From contig JBDHAF010000008.1 in assembly GCA_039588255.1 (NCBI GenBank), positions 7,102 to 71,101 of the forward strand: a DNA stretch of 64,000 nucleotides. Direction: 5' to 3'. Below the pieces are notes generated by a model. The model saw only the letters and a program-made list of their open reading frames with translations, had not been told where the DNA came from and ran no database searches. The position numbers and the translations under genes were made by a program. This DNA comes from Gemmatimonadota bacterium (GTDB lineage: Bacteria > Gemmatimonadota > Gemmatimonadetes > Gemmatimonadales > GWC2-71-9). Shown in pieces: positions 1 to 9,613 of the stretch; within the stretch, counting starts at the first letter, position 1; each line of letters begins with the position of its first letter.

Positions 1-75
1 GTCGAGGAGATCGGGTTTGGTGAGCTTGCTGGAGGCCGAACGCTGCGCGCGCGAGCTAGCTTGGGTCTGCTCCAT
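1..75 (-). CDS. 5' end of a CDS running off the left edge (MEQTQASSRAQRSASSKLTKPDLLD...)
   Basis: ATG at 75 with an open frame to position 1, 17 bp downstream of the 93..344 gene; too short to assign a function. Confidence 0.4.
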   Translation of the reverse strand, partial: MEQTQASSRAQRSASSKLTKPDLLD

Positions 76-92
76 GGGCAAAAAATAAGCCG

Positions 93-344
93 TCAGCGCA
101 GCTTCGTAAGCTTTTTCAAGGCCTGCAGCTTCTCGAGGGCAGTCTTCTCGTTCGGTTCGTTACCGATCGTGTGGATGGCATCTCGGATGTCCATCAACAC
201 CTCGAGCAGGAGCTGCTCGCGCTGATAGGAAGCGTCGAGGTCCATCATCCTCCCCGCGTCGTCGGCCTGCTTCGCCCGGTCGTACGCCTCCCGGTAGACG
301 TTCTCCAGGTTGGTGAGAATCTTCTCGCGTGAACGCGGACTCAT
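93..344 (-). CDS. small helical hypothetical protein (83 aa)
   Basis: Natural-looking helical ORF co-oriented with neighbours; AGGAG-like SD upstream. Confidence 0.7.
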   Translation of the reverse strand: MSPRSREKILTNLENVYREAYDRAKQADDAGRMMDLDASYQREQLLLEVLMDIRDAIHTIGNEPNEKTALEKLQALKKLTKLR

Positions 345-371
345 GGGCTCCTCTCTGACTTTCCTCGGGGA

Positions 372-1616
372 TCACCACCCCAGGACCACCAGGCCGCTGG
401 GCACCTTGGGGTCGAAGTACGTCGATTTTTGTGGCATAAACGCCCCGGCATCCGCCACCGCCAGCACCTGTTCCACGGTCGTGGGCTTCAGCAGAACCGC
501 CCCGACTGCACCCTCGGAATAGACAGTTTGTATTGCCGACTTGGTGGAGGGACTGTAGGTCACCTTCGCCCCTGTCGCGGACATCGACCGAAGTTGATCG
601 ACAACTAAACTGTCTACCTTCGTCACGTCGATGGCGTTGACTGTCGGGTCCTCCCCGTGCGGCATGTGGGAGAACTCAATCCCTTCCTTTAACCGGAGAC
701 CAACGTACTTCGGTCCGGGTAGATACACCACGCACCGGGCCTGCTCGTCCGGGGTCCTGAGGTGGGATTCCGCATCATGGGTCGACGCCAGGTGCGCCAC
801 GTGGAACACCGGCTCCAGTCGACTCATGAGCACCTCCTGGTCCACCGGATCTCCGTGCACGATTCGGTGGGTGGGAAGGACTTCCAGCCCGGGATCGTCG
901 ACCGGTACGATCATGCCCAGGGTTCGATCCGCCTCCGGAACCATCCCTCTATAGGTTTCCGCGGTCTCGTATCGATGGTGTCCGTCAGCGATGTAGAGCA
1001 CGTCATCGCCGGACGCAGCGGCGGCGACCGCTTCGCCCTCCTCCCCCGAAATCCGCCAGAGCGAGATGCGGGCTCCCGACAGCTGTGCGCGAACGTCGGG
1101 CTCCGCAGCGGTAGCCGACTGCAGCCGCTCGAGGAGCAATCCATCGCTGTCCCGAGACATCATCAGGAGGGCCTCGCACATCGCCCGGGTTGCCTTCATC
1201 AGGGCGAGGCGATCTTCCTTTGGCCCTCGATGGGTTTTCTCGTGTGGTCGAATCCGGCCGTTGGAATAGGGCTCCACCGCCACGGCACCGATCACCCCTG
1301 TCCGCACCCGGGGCTGCCCATCTGGTGTGTCGAATTCCTGGCGGAGGACATAGACCGAGGGCTCACTGTCCTTGGCAAGCACGCCCTGCCCGCGCCAAGA
1401 ATCCAGAATCGTCGCCGCGTGGGCATAGCGATCCCCGTTCCCTCCGGGAAGAATCAGGCGGACGATGTTGTACTGGTTTCGCTCCCGGTAAATTCGTCGT
1501 TGCTCCGTGGAGATCACGTCGTAGGGAGGCGCGATCAACTCACCTGTCTTATCGACATCGTGGTACCGCTCGCCAGTGAACGTCGTGACGAGCGGAGGAA
1601 GAGAACCGTCAGCCAT
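372..1616 (-). CDS. DUF1015 family protein
   Basis: PPYDVIS, IRPHEKT, YIADGHHRY and MPQKSTYFDPKVPSGL motifs. Confidence 0.9.
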   Translation of the reverse strand: MADGSLPPLVTTFTGERYHDVDKTGELIAPPYDVISTEQRRIYRERNQYNIVRLILPGGNGDRYAHAATILDSWRGQGVLAKDSEPSVYVLRQEFDTPDGQPRVRTGVIGAVAVEPYSNGRIRPHEKTHRGPKEDRLALMKATRAMCEALLMMSRDSDGLLLERLQSATAAEPDVRAQLSGARISLWRISGEEGEAVAAAASGDDVLYIADGHHRYETAETYRGMVPEADRTLGMIVPVDDPGLEVLPTHRIVHGDPVDQEVLMSRLEPVFHVAHLASTHDAESHLRTPDEQARCVVYLPGPKYVGLRLKEGIEFSHMPHGEDPTVNAIDVTKVDSLVVDQLRSMSATGAKVTYSPSTKSAIQTVYSEGAVGAVLLKPTTVEQVLAVADAGAFMPQKSTYFDPKVPSGLVVLGW

Positions 1617-1764
1617 GCCGACCTTTCAGGAATTCCAAGGCTTCGATTTCCGAGTGGGAACGATCCTCACCGCTCAACCGCATCCGACGGCCCGGAAGCC
1701 GTCGCTCCAGCTCAACATCGATTTCGGCGATGCGGGCGTCAAGCAATCTAGTGCCCAACTCAAC
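1615..1764 (+). pseudogene. csaA: N-terminal half of a CsaA-type tRNA-binding/chaperone protein, truncated
   Basis: MPTFQEFQGFDFRVGTI...ARKPSLQLNIDFGDAGVKQSSAQL matches the CsaA N-terminus; the frame then runs into the antisense of rsgA with no CsaA C-terminal half. Confidence 0.75.
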
Positions 1765-2679
1765 TCACTCCCAATGCTTGGCCGCCTGCACCGCTTCCTC
1801 GAGAAACCTGCGATACGATTCCAACCGGGTGGCGTGGATTTCACCGGCCTCGGCGGCGGCGACGACGGCGCAGGCCGGCTCCTCCACGTGGCGACAGTTG
1901 TCGAACTGGCAGAGCCCGATGTGGGGAGCGAATTCGGGGAAGGCTTCTCCCAACTCCCGAGGATCGATGCCCCACAACCCCACATCCCGGAGGCCCGGTG
2001 TGTCGACCACGAACCCTCCCTCGTGCAGCGGGTGCATCTCGGCGGCGGTGGTGGTGTGCCGACCCGCACGGCTCCGGCGACTCACCTCCCCGGTCCGGAG
2101 ACGGAGCCCCGGTTGCAGGGCGTTGAGGAGGCTGGATTTCCCCACGCCGGTGGCCCCGGTGAAGAGTGAGACGCGCTGGGCCAGCCGTTGTCGCAGCGCC
2201 TCGATGCCCTCCCCCCGCTTGACGCAGGTGACGAGCAGATCGTAACCCGCCGCCTCGTACGGCCCGCCGAGAGCCGCCGCGTCATCCACGAGGTCCGACT
2301 TGTTCACCACGACCACGGCGGGCAAGCGGTTGGCCTCTGCCATGACCAAGAATCGGTCCATGAGGTGGGGATCCCATCGTGGATGGTCCGCAGCGCCCAC
2401 AACCACAACCTGGTCCACGTTCGCGGCAATCGCCCGGACGCCCCTGGATTTGCCGGGCGTTCGTCGTTTCAAGAGCGTGCGCCGCTCGGCTATCTCCTCG
2501 ATCGTCACCGACTCGTCGCCATGCACGTGGAGGATGACCTCATCGCCCACCAAAACGCGCTGCGTGCTTCCTCGCTTCATCCGGCCGCGAAGCGAGGCGT
2601 CTATCGTCCCTCCACCGCCGAACACCCGGTAGGTCCCTCCGACGGTGGATAGCACGATCCCTCGTTTCCGCTCTACCAG
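1765..2679 (-). CDS. rsgA: ribosome small subunit-dependent GTPase A
   Basis: OB-fold N-terminus, NKSD, GATGVGKSS, GRHTT, DTPG, CQFDNCRHVEEPAC Zn site; start uncertain (CTG at 2679 after AAGGAG, or GTG near 2656). Confidence 0.95.
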   Translation of the reverse strand: MVERKRGIVLSTVGGTYRVFGGGGTIDASLRGRMKRGSTQRVLVGDEVILHVHGDESVTIEEIAERRTLLKRRTPGKSRGVRAIAANVDQVVVVGAADHPRWDPHLMDRFLVMAEANRLPAVVVVNKSDLVDDAAALGGPYEAAGYDLLVTCVKRGEGIEALRQRLAQRVSLFTGATGVGKSSLLNALQPGLRLRTGEVSRRSRAGRHTTTAAEMHPLHEGGFVVDTPGLRDVGLWGIDPRELGEAFPEFAPHIGLCQFDNCRHVEEPACAVVAAAEAGEIHATRLESYRRFLEEAVQAAKHWE

Positions 2680-2996
2680 TCTGGCAACTCCTTCTGTTGT
2701 TCGATGAGTCGTTCGAGGTGTTCTTTGACGTCGTGGAGCGACAGCGCGTAGAGCACACTCTTCACGTCCGATCGATGGGCTCCGACAGCCAAGTGCTCCG
2801 TCTCCAGGTGTCCCACCGGTTGCGCCCCATCCTCCGACCATCGAACGAAGATCAGCGCCGCCGCAAAGGGTTTGTCGGCAGCGGGCTCCTCATCGATGTA
2901 AATGTCTACAGAGTACGATGCGCCATCGGACCCTTCGAAGGTAGGCGGTCGGGAGTGCTTCTCGAAGTAACCGCCCAGCGACCCGTCCGGCATCAC
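2673..2996 (-). CDS. conserved hypothetical protein (~107 aa)
   Basis: GTG/ATG overlaps the proline dehydrogenase stop; globular sequence; stop overlaps the rsgA start region. Confidence 0.7.
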   Translation of the reverse strand: MMPDGSLGGYFEKHSRPPTFEGSDGASYSVDIYIDEEPAADKPFAAALIFVRWSEDGAQPVGHLETEHLAVGAHRSDVKSVLYALSLHDVKEHLERLIEQQKELPDW

Positions 2997-3925
2997 TTCC
3001 TTGAAAACGCCTCCTTCACCACGCTCATGGTAATGAACGCGACGTTGGCCGGGCGTTCGGCCAACCTCCGCATCAGGTAGGGATACCACTGTGTCCCGAA
3101 CGGGATATAGACCCGCATGTTGTATCCGTCGCGGTGGAGCTCGTTTTGGAGATCGCGCCGCACACCGTACAGCATCTGAAACTCGAATCGGTCAGGAGAG
3201 ATGTTCTCCTTCTTGACGAAGTCCACGGTTCGTTGGACCAGGTCCTCGTCGTGCGTCGCGATACCTGGATAGTTCCCTCGCTGCACCAGCTGCTGCATCA
3301 ACGAGGCATACGAATCAGCTACCTCCTTGCGCCCTTGGAAGGCGATGGCCGCCGGCTCGGCATACGCTCCTTTGCAGAGTCGCACCCGAGCCTGCTTGTC
3401 GATGAGCATGTCGACATCGGCTGCCGAGCGTCGCATGTAACTCTGGATCACGACCCCGGTGAGATCACCGAACTCGGGTTGCAGGCGCTCCGTGAAGAGC
3501 TTGAGGGTCTGTTCCGTGTAGGGCGAGCCCTCCATGTCGACACGCACGAAAATATCGTGCGTGCGCGCTCGCTCGAGCACCTTGAACATGTTGGCCACGC
3601 ATATCTCGTCGCTGAGATCGAGACCCATTTGCGTGAGCTTCACGGACACGTTCGCATCAACACCGGTCTCCGCGATCCGATCCAGTATCTCGACCACCTC
3701 GTCCCGAGACCGCGCCGCTTCCTGCTCATCGGTGACGCTTTCACCGAGGAGGTCGAGACTCGTCGAAATCCCTTTCTCGTTCAACGCCCGTGCAGCGTCG
3801 ATCGCCTCATCTAACGTTTCCCCAGCTACAAACCGACTCGCAAACTTGCGCGAGAAACCGTTCCGTCTGACCAGCTCGAAGATCGTGTCACGCTCACTGA
3901 GCCAGAGTAATGTGCTTCGAAGCAA
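2993..3925 (-). CDS. monofunctional proline dehydrogenase
   Basis: RFVAGET, SVKLTQMG, VDME, RLCKGAY, IATHD, EFQMLYG, YLMRRLAERPAN. Confidence 0.95.
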   Translation of the reverse strand: MLRSTLLWLSERDTIFELVRRNGFSRKFASRFVAGETLDEAIDAARALNEKGISTSLDLLGESVTDEQEAARSRDEVVEILDRIAETGVDANVSVKLTQMGLDLSDEICVANMFKVLERARTHDIFVRVDMEGSPYTEQTLKLFTERLQPEFGDLTGVVIQSYMRRSAADVDMLIDKQARVRLCKGAYAEPAAIAFQGRKEVADSYASLMQQLVQRGNYPGIATHDEDLVQRTVDFVKKENISPDRFEFQMLYGVRRDLQNELHRDGYNMRVYIPFGTQWYPYLMRRLAERPANVAFITMSVVKEAFSRK

Positions 3926-3939
3926 TGTGAATGAATCCG

Positions 3940-6066
3940 TTAACTGTTAGGGTAAAAACGGAGGTTGGAATCCGCCATTTGGCGTAGTACAGGAGTCGGC
4001 GCAAACCGCTCCCCGTAGGCCTGGGAGAGTCGCTCGAGGGCGTCCACGGCATGTCCTGCGCTCAAATCGTCGAGTTGCCGTAGCGGCCCACCGAGAAACG
4101 GAGGATACCCGATACCGAAGATTGCACCGATATCACCATCACGGGGAGACCGCACGACGTCTTCCTCCACCGCCCGGGCGGCCTCGTTCAACATCGCGAA
4201 GACCAGCCGCTTCTCGATATCCCCATCGGGGACGGGTCGGGCGTCGACGTTGAACACCTCGTACACCGACGGATCGACTCCCTTCCGCTTGCCTTTGTCA
4301 TACCGGTAAAACCCCCTGCCGTTCTTCCGACCCAACCGATTGTCGTCGATCATCCGAACGAGTCCATCGATCGGCGTGAGCCTGTCGCCGAAGGCTTCAT
4401 GCATCACCAGTGACGCCTTTTGCGCCACGTCCAACCCGACCTCGTCCAGCAGGGTGATCGGGCCGACGGGAAAGCCAAAGCGTTTCATACTGCGATCGAT
4501 GTCTTCGATCGGCACACCCTCTTTCACCATCCGCCCGGCTTCATTGAGGTACGGCGAGAGAATGCGATTGACCCAAAACCCGGGGTGGTCCGCCACTACA
4601 ATGACGGTCTTACCCATGCGCCGGCCAAAATCCACCGACGTGGCCGTAACCCACGGCTCTGTTTGATCCGTAACGATCACTTCGAGGAGCGGCATCTTTT
4701 CGACCGGCGAGAAAAAATGCATCCCGATCACACGACCGGGGTGACGCGTCACCTCTGCTATGCGGGCGATCGGTATGGTGCTGGTATTCGAGGCCAACAC
4801 ACAACAGTCACTTACCTGTGTCTCCAGCTCGCGAAACACTTGATGTTTGACATCGATGTCCTCAAACACGGCTTCGACGACGAGGTCCGAACGTCCGAGA
4901 CCCGACCAATCCGTACCACCGGACACGAGTGCATCCAATCGCCGGTGCTCGTACTTGGTCAATCGTCTTCGCTTGAGACGATCCTTGAGAATCTTGCGCG
5001 CCGTATCCACCCCACTCTTCACGCGATCGAGATTCGTGTCGCGAAGACGGGTGTCGACGCCCGCGCGCAGCACCGCGGTTCCACCGATTCCCGCTCCCAT
5101 GAAGCCAGCGCCCACGACGGTCAAGTTCCTGACTGTCTGCACTTCCGGGGCGGGGCCCTCAACGCCGGTGTCCTTCTTCATCGCCGTCGTGGCGAAGAAG
5201 ATCTGGACGAGCTTGCGGGACACCTCGCCCACGCCCAGCTCGGCGAAATGCTTCGCCTCACGGTCCAAACCGGCATCGATGCCGTGCCTGAGACCGTGCC
5301 GGATGGCATCGAGGGCGGCGAGTGGAGCCGGGTAGTGGCCACCGGTCTTGTTCCTCACCTGCTTTTCGGCCGTGGCGAAGACGACACGGCGTCCGAGAGG
5401 ATTCTTGTCCAGCAGGGCCGATGCCAGGCCACCCTTCCGCTGCCTGGGCTTCCAGCCCTCGGCGAGCTTCCGCGCCGCCTTCATCGCGATTTCTTCCAGA
5501 ATCGCCCGGTGTACCAACTCGTTTACGATGCCGAGCCGGTGCGCCTTCCGCGCCGGTACGACCTTCCCAGCCAGAATGATGTCCAGCGCCGCACGCACGC
5601 CGATCAGTCGCGGAAGGCGCTGGCATCCACCCGCGGCGGGAATGATGCCGAGCTGGACCTCCGGGAGACCCAGCTGGGTCTTGGGGTGGTTCGTGGCAAC
5701 CCGGTAGGCGCAGGCCAGTACAGTCTCCAGGCCGCCTCCCAAGCACGCACCGTGGATGGCCGCCACGACCGGCTTGTCGAGCTGGCCAAACCGATTGACC
5801 AGTTGTTGCCCGCCCCGTACCAGCTGCAGTGCCTCGTCGCTCGACTTCAGCCGTACGAACTCGTCGATGTCGGCACCGGCGATGAAGTTGTCCTTCTTCC
5901 CGGACATGAACACGACCGCCCGGACGTTGGCATCTCCGCGCAGCTGGCTGAGGAGAGGCTCGAGCTCGTTCCGCACCTCGGCCGTAATCTTGTTGACCGA
6001 CTCGCCGGGGAGGTCGAAGACGACACGGGCAATGCCGTTCTGGGTGTCCGTGGTGAAGATGGTCAT
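3940..6066 (-). CDS. fadJ: fatty acid oxidation complex alpha subunit (enoyl-CoA hydratase/3-hydroxyacyl-CoA dehydrogenase)
   Basis: FIAGADI, CLGGGLE, LGLPEVQLG, GAGFMGAG, ASNTSTIPI, GMHFFSPVEKMPLLE. Confidence 0.93.
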   Translation of the reverse strand: MTIFTTDTQNGIARVVFDLPGESVNKITAEVRNELEPLLSQLRGDANVRAVVFMSGKKDNFIAGADIDEFVRLKSSDEALQLVRGGQQLVNRFGQLDKPVVAAIHGACLGGGLETVLACAYRVATNHPKTQLGLPEVQLGIIPAAGGCQRLPRLIGVRAALDIILAGKVVPARKAHRLGIVNELVHRAILEEIAMKAARKLAEGWKPRQRKGGLASALLDKNPLGRRVVFATAEKQVRNKTGGHYPAPLAALDAIRHGLRHGIDAGLDREAKHFAELGVGEVSRKLVQIFFATTAMKKDTGVEGPAPEVQTVRNLTVVGAGFMGAGIGGTAVLRAGVDTRLRDTNLDRVKSGVDTARKILKDRLKRRRLTKYEHRRLDALVSGGTDWSGLGRSDLVVEAVFEDIDVKHQVFRELETQVSDCCVLASNTSTIPIARIAEVTRHPGRVIGMHFFSPVEKMPLLEVIVTDQTEPWVTATSVDFGRRMGKTVIVVADHPGFWVNRILSPYLNEAGRMVKEGVPIEDIDRSMKRFGFPVGPITLLDEVGLDVAQKASLVMHEAFGDRLTPIDGLVRMIDDNRLGRKNGRGFYRYDKGKRKGVDPSVYEVFNVDARPVPDGDIEKRLVFAMLNEAARAVEEDVVRSPRDGDIGAIFGIGYPPFLGGPLRQLDDLSAGHAVDALERLSQAYGERFAPTPVLRQMADSNLRFYPNS

Positions 6067-7358
6067 CAGCGGCGCTCCAGCACCATGGCGAACCCCATCC
6101 CTCCTTGGGCGCACACAGAGATCAGTCCGAATTGTACGTCTCGCCTCACCATCTCGTTCGCCAACGTCAACGTGATCCGGCCTCCGGTCGCTCCAAACGG
6201 GTGCCCGATGGCGAGCGAGCCACCCATGACGTTCAACGTGTCACGACTCACCTGTCCCACAGCTTCCGACCGGCCCAACCGTTCCTCCGCCCACTTCTTG
6301 GACTCGAACGCCTGGATGTTGGAGAGCACCTGGGCCGCAAAGGCCTCATGCATCTCGACGAGACCTAGCTCCCGCCACGTGAGCCCGGCCCGGTCGAGGG
6401 CCTTGGGGACGGCATACGCGGGACCCATCAGCAACTGATCGCCGGGATCCAGGGCCGCAACGGCGTACGACCGGATGAACGCCAGCGGTGTGTACCCCAG
6501 TGACTGGGCGGCATCCTCACTCATCAAGAGCACGGCGGACGCGCCGTCCGTCAGCGGCGACGAGTTCGCCGCCGTGACGGTGCCGTACTTGCGATCGAAC
6601 GCCGGGCGGAGCTGGGCCATCTTCTCCAGGGTGCTGTCGGTCCGAATGCCGTTGTCGGTTGAAACCGGCTCGCCCCTGGCCCTAAAGAAGGGCGCAATCT
6701 CCGCCGCGACGCGGCCGTCCTCGGTGCCCGCGGCCGCCAACCTGTGGCTCCGAAGGGCGAAGATGTCCTGGTCCTCCCGACTGATCCCGTTTTCCTTGGC
6801 CATCTTCTCGGCCGACTGGCCCATCGACTCGCCCGTCGAAGGCTCGGCAATCGCCGGCGCCACCGGGACCAGGTCCCTGGGCCGGATTCCCGCCACCAGC
6901 TTCAACCGCTGGGAGAGGGTTCTCGCCTTGCTCAGGGCCACGAGGGTCTCGCTGAAACGCTTCGAGTGGAGAATTGGGACGTTCGACAGGCTCTCCGCCC
7001 CGCCGGCGATGACGACGCGGGCGTACCCGTTTCGAATCTGGTCCGCACCGTGAGCGATGGCTGAGTTGGCGGACGCGCACGCGCGATTGACCGAAGCGGC
7101 GGGGATAGACGTGGGAAACTGCGGCAAGAGACTGACCTCTCTTGCGATGTTCGGCGTCAGCACGCTGGGAACGACCTGGCCGAAGTACATCTCGTCGACG
7201 AGATCGCCATTGAGGTTCAGGCGGTGGACGAGTTCTACGGTGGTGCGGCGCGCGAGGTCGACTGCGGGAACGTCCTTCAACGAGGTTCCCGACTTGCAGA
7301 ACGGGCTCCTGCAACCTCCCACAATGGCAACCCGTGACCCAGTACTCGAGGAATTCAT
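6066..7358 (-). CDS. fadI: acetyl-CoA C-acyltransferase (3-ketoacyl-CoA thiolase)
   Basis: NRACASA, EMHEAFAAQ, GHPFGATG, VCAQGG; coupled to fadJ. Confidence 0.93.
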   Translation of the reverse strand: MNSSSTGSRVAIVGGCRSPFCKSGTSLKDVPAVDLARRTTVELVHRLNLNGDLVDEMYFGQVVPSVLTPNIAREVSLLPQFPTSIPAASVNRACASANSAIAHGADQIRNGYARVVIAGGAESLSNVPILHSKRFSETLVALSKARTLSQRLKLVAGIRPRDLVPVAPAIAEPSTGESMGQSAEKMAKENGISREDQDIFALRSHRLAAAGTEDGRVAAEIAPFFRARGEPVSTDNGIRTDSTLEKMAQLRPAFDRKYGTVTAANSSPLTDGASAVLLMSEDAAQSLGYTPLAFIRSYAVAALDPGDQLLMGPAYAVPKALDRAGLTWRELGLVEMHEAFAAQVLSNIQAFESKKWAEERLGRSEAVGQVSRDTLNVMGGSLAIGHPFGATGGRITLTLANEMVRRDVQFGLISVCAQGGMGFAMVLERR

Positions 7359-7407
7359 GTTCTGCAGAAAGGTAGTGACCCTTGTGGCCGGCGGGCAGGG
7401 AGAGCCA

Positions 7408-7869
7408 TCATTCGCGACGCACTGCGACGACGCTTGCGAGCGCGGCGGAGCGCGAATCAAGCGGCTCGATCACCTCTCGGGCAAATAACACCTCGAACGG
7501 CTCAACAAGGGCGACAAGCTCGCCTGGCTTCAGCAGGTGCTCGGGTGAAGTCGGGCCCCAGCCGAATTCCCGCTGGCCCTCAAGAAAGGTCTCGTAAATA
7601 AAGTGACCACCAAGTTTCAACGCCCCCTTGAAGTCTTCCATGCGGCTCCGGTCGAGATAGTTGAACCCCAGAACCACGTCGAACGCCTTCTCGGGCAGGG
7701 AAACGGTGGTGAGATCGGCACGTTCCCACGTTATCGAGACGCCACACGCGGCAGCACGCACGTGGGCTGCCTCCAGACGGTCGGCGTCACTGTCGATGGC
7801 GACGACGTCTGCACCGAGCTCCGCGGCCGCGATGGCGTGCCGTCCCTTCCCACACGCAATGTCCAGCAC
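7408..7869 (-). CDS. class I SAM-dependent methyltransferase (TehB-like); true N-terminus probably extends to ~7947
   Basis: VLDIACGKGRHA motif I, FNYLDR, GGHFIYETF. Confidence 0.85.
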   Translation of the reverse strand: MLDIACGKGRHAIAAAELGADVVAIDSDADRLEAAHVRAAACGVSITWERADLTTVSLPEKAFDVVLGFNYLDRSRMEDFKGALKLGGHFIYETFLEGQREFGWGPTSPEHLLKPGELVALVEPFEVLFAREVIEPLDSRSAALASVVAVRRE

Positions 7870-7945
7870 CTGGATGCCCGGTTGGATGAGCCGGCGATGC
7901 CAATTGAACCAGGTGCTCGGCCGCTGATCTTGATCGTGAGCTGAC

Positions 7946-9613
7946 GTGCCCGTGGACTCCCCCTTTTCTCAGGCAACCCGCACCGAGAATCTCGCTGCAA
8001 TGGCAGCGGACCCGGTAGATCTACTAGTCATAGGTGCCGGCATCAACGGAGCTGGCATCGCCCGGGACGCCGCCATGCGGGGCATCCACACCGCCCTGGT
8101 CGATAAGGGCGACTTCGGCGGAGGAACCAGCAGCCGGTCCTCCCGACTAATCCACGGTGGCCTCCGGTACCTCGAGATGGGCCACCTACACCTGGTCTTT
8201 GAAGCCAGCCGGGAGCGGCGGATCCTCCTGCGGATCGCGCCCCACCTCGTCTGGCCCAGATCATTCCTCTTCCCCATCCATTCCGGTGGCCGACTCTCCC
8301 GGTGGAAGCTCGCCGCCGGACTCACGTTATACGACATCCTAGCACTGTTCCGGAATGTGCGAAGGCATCGGATGCTGGGCAAGCAACGAATCCAGCGGGC
8401 CGAACCCAACCTTCGCAGCCGGGGCCTCAAGGGCGGTGGGCGCTACTACGACGCACAGTGCGACGACGCGCGGCTCACGTTGGCCAACGTCCGAGCCGCG
8501 CACGAACACGGAGCACTGATCACGAACTACGTCGTTGTGGACGACTTCGAACCAGCCGACGGCCGGGTCCGCCGCGTTAGAGCTACGGACCGCGTCACAA
8601 ACTCAAGTTACACGATTCGCGCCAAGGTCGTGGTCAATGCCAGCGGCCCCTGGTCTGACGACCTACGTGCCAAGGACGGAGGCGGCGAGCCCGTTCTCAG
8701 AAGGACGAAGGGGGTGCACCTCGCCGTACCCCGGAGCCGCCTCGCCAACACGGAGGCCATTGCCATGACCTCCCCCATCGACGGACGGGTGATGTTCGTG
8801 ATTCCGTGGGGCGAGCTGTCCTACATCGGGACGACCGACACCGATGACTTGACCGACCCCGATCTGGTGCGGGCCACCGCCGACGACGTCATCTACCTGC
8901 TCCGGTCGGCGAACGCCCTCTTCCCAGAGGCACGCCTCAAGCCGGCCGACATCGTATCCACGTGGGCCGGCATCCGTCCGATGGTGGCGTGCAAGGAGGC
9001 AAAGGATCCAAGCGCCGTTTCCCGGGAGCACCGGATCCTAGAGAGTGAGACCGGGATCATATCGGTGGTCGGCGGGAAGCTGACCACATACCGGGCCGTG
9101 GCGGAGGAGACGGTGAACCGGGTGGCCGCCAAACTCCACGAGATTGATGGTCGGAGAGTGGCGGGGCGGGCACCCACCAACACCGTCCCCCTCCCTGGCG
9201 GGGCTACTCGAGACCTGAGCGTCCTGATGGAGGAGATCAAGAGGGAGGGTTTCAGCCTGGAGACGGCCGAGCACCTGGTGCGGGCATATGGCACGGAATC
9301 GGCGGCGATCGTGAATTTGGCTGCCTCAGACCCCGATCTCGCCCGGCCAATAGTCGGGGGACACCCGGCGATTCGAGCCGAGTTGATACACGCCACCCGA
9401 CGCGAAATGGCGATCACCCTGTCGGACCTCCTCATCCGACGGATTCATCTCTTCCATGAAGTGCTCGGCCACGCGGTCCCCGAGGCGCCGAGCGTCGTGG
9501 ACCTGGCGGCTCAGGAATTGGGCTGGGACGCCGGTCGAAAGGCGAGCGAACTCGCCGCTTACCTCGGGGAGATCCAGGACGCGATGAGGTTCAGGGACGA
9601 CCTCAGGGCGTAG
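7946..9613 (+). CDS. glpD: FAD-dependent glycerol-3-phosphate dehydrogenase
   Basis: IGAGINGAGIARDAAMRG, GTSSRSSRLIHGGLRYL, NASGPW, GGKLTTYR. Confidence 0.95.
   Translation: MPVDSPFSQATRTENLAAMAADPVDLLVIGAGINGAGIARDAAMRGIHTALVDKGDFGGGTSSRSSRLIHGGLRYLEMGHLHLVFEASRERRILLRIAPHLVWPRSFLFPIHSGGRLSRWKLAAGLTLYDILALFRNVRRHRMLGKQRIQRAEPNLRSRGLKGGGRYYDAQCDDARLTLANVRAAHEHGALITNYVVVDDFEPADGRVRRVRATDRVTNSSYTIRAKVVVNASGPWSDDLRAKDGGGEPVLRRTKGVHLAVPRSRLANTEAIAMTSPIDGRVMFVIPWGELSYIGTTDTDDLTDPDLVRATADDVIYLLRSANALFPEARLKPADIVSTWAGIRPMVACKEAKDPSAVSREHRILESETGIISVVGGKLTTYRAVAEETVNRVAAKLHEIDGRRVAGRAPTNTVPLPGGATRDLSVLMEEIKREGFSLETAEHLVRAYGTESAAIVNLAASDPDLARPIVGGHPAIRAELIHATRREMAITLSDLLIRRIHLFHEVLGHAVPEAPSVVDLAAQELGWDAGRKASELAAYLGEIQDAMRFRDDLRA

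Noticed and set aside
1576-2169. 197-aa + strand ORF as a full gene
   Set aside because: Only the first ~50 codons after ATG 1615 are CsaA-like; the rest is the antisense of rsgA
4420-6438. 672-aa + strand ORF
   Set aside because: Antisense shadow of fadJ/fadI, as expected in high-GC DNA
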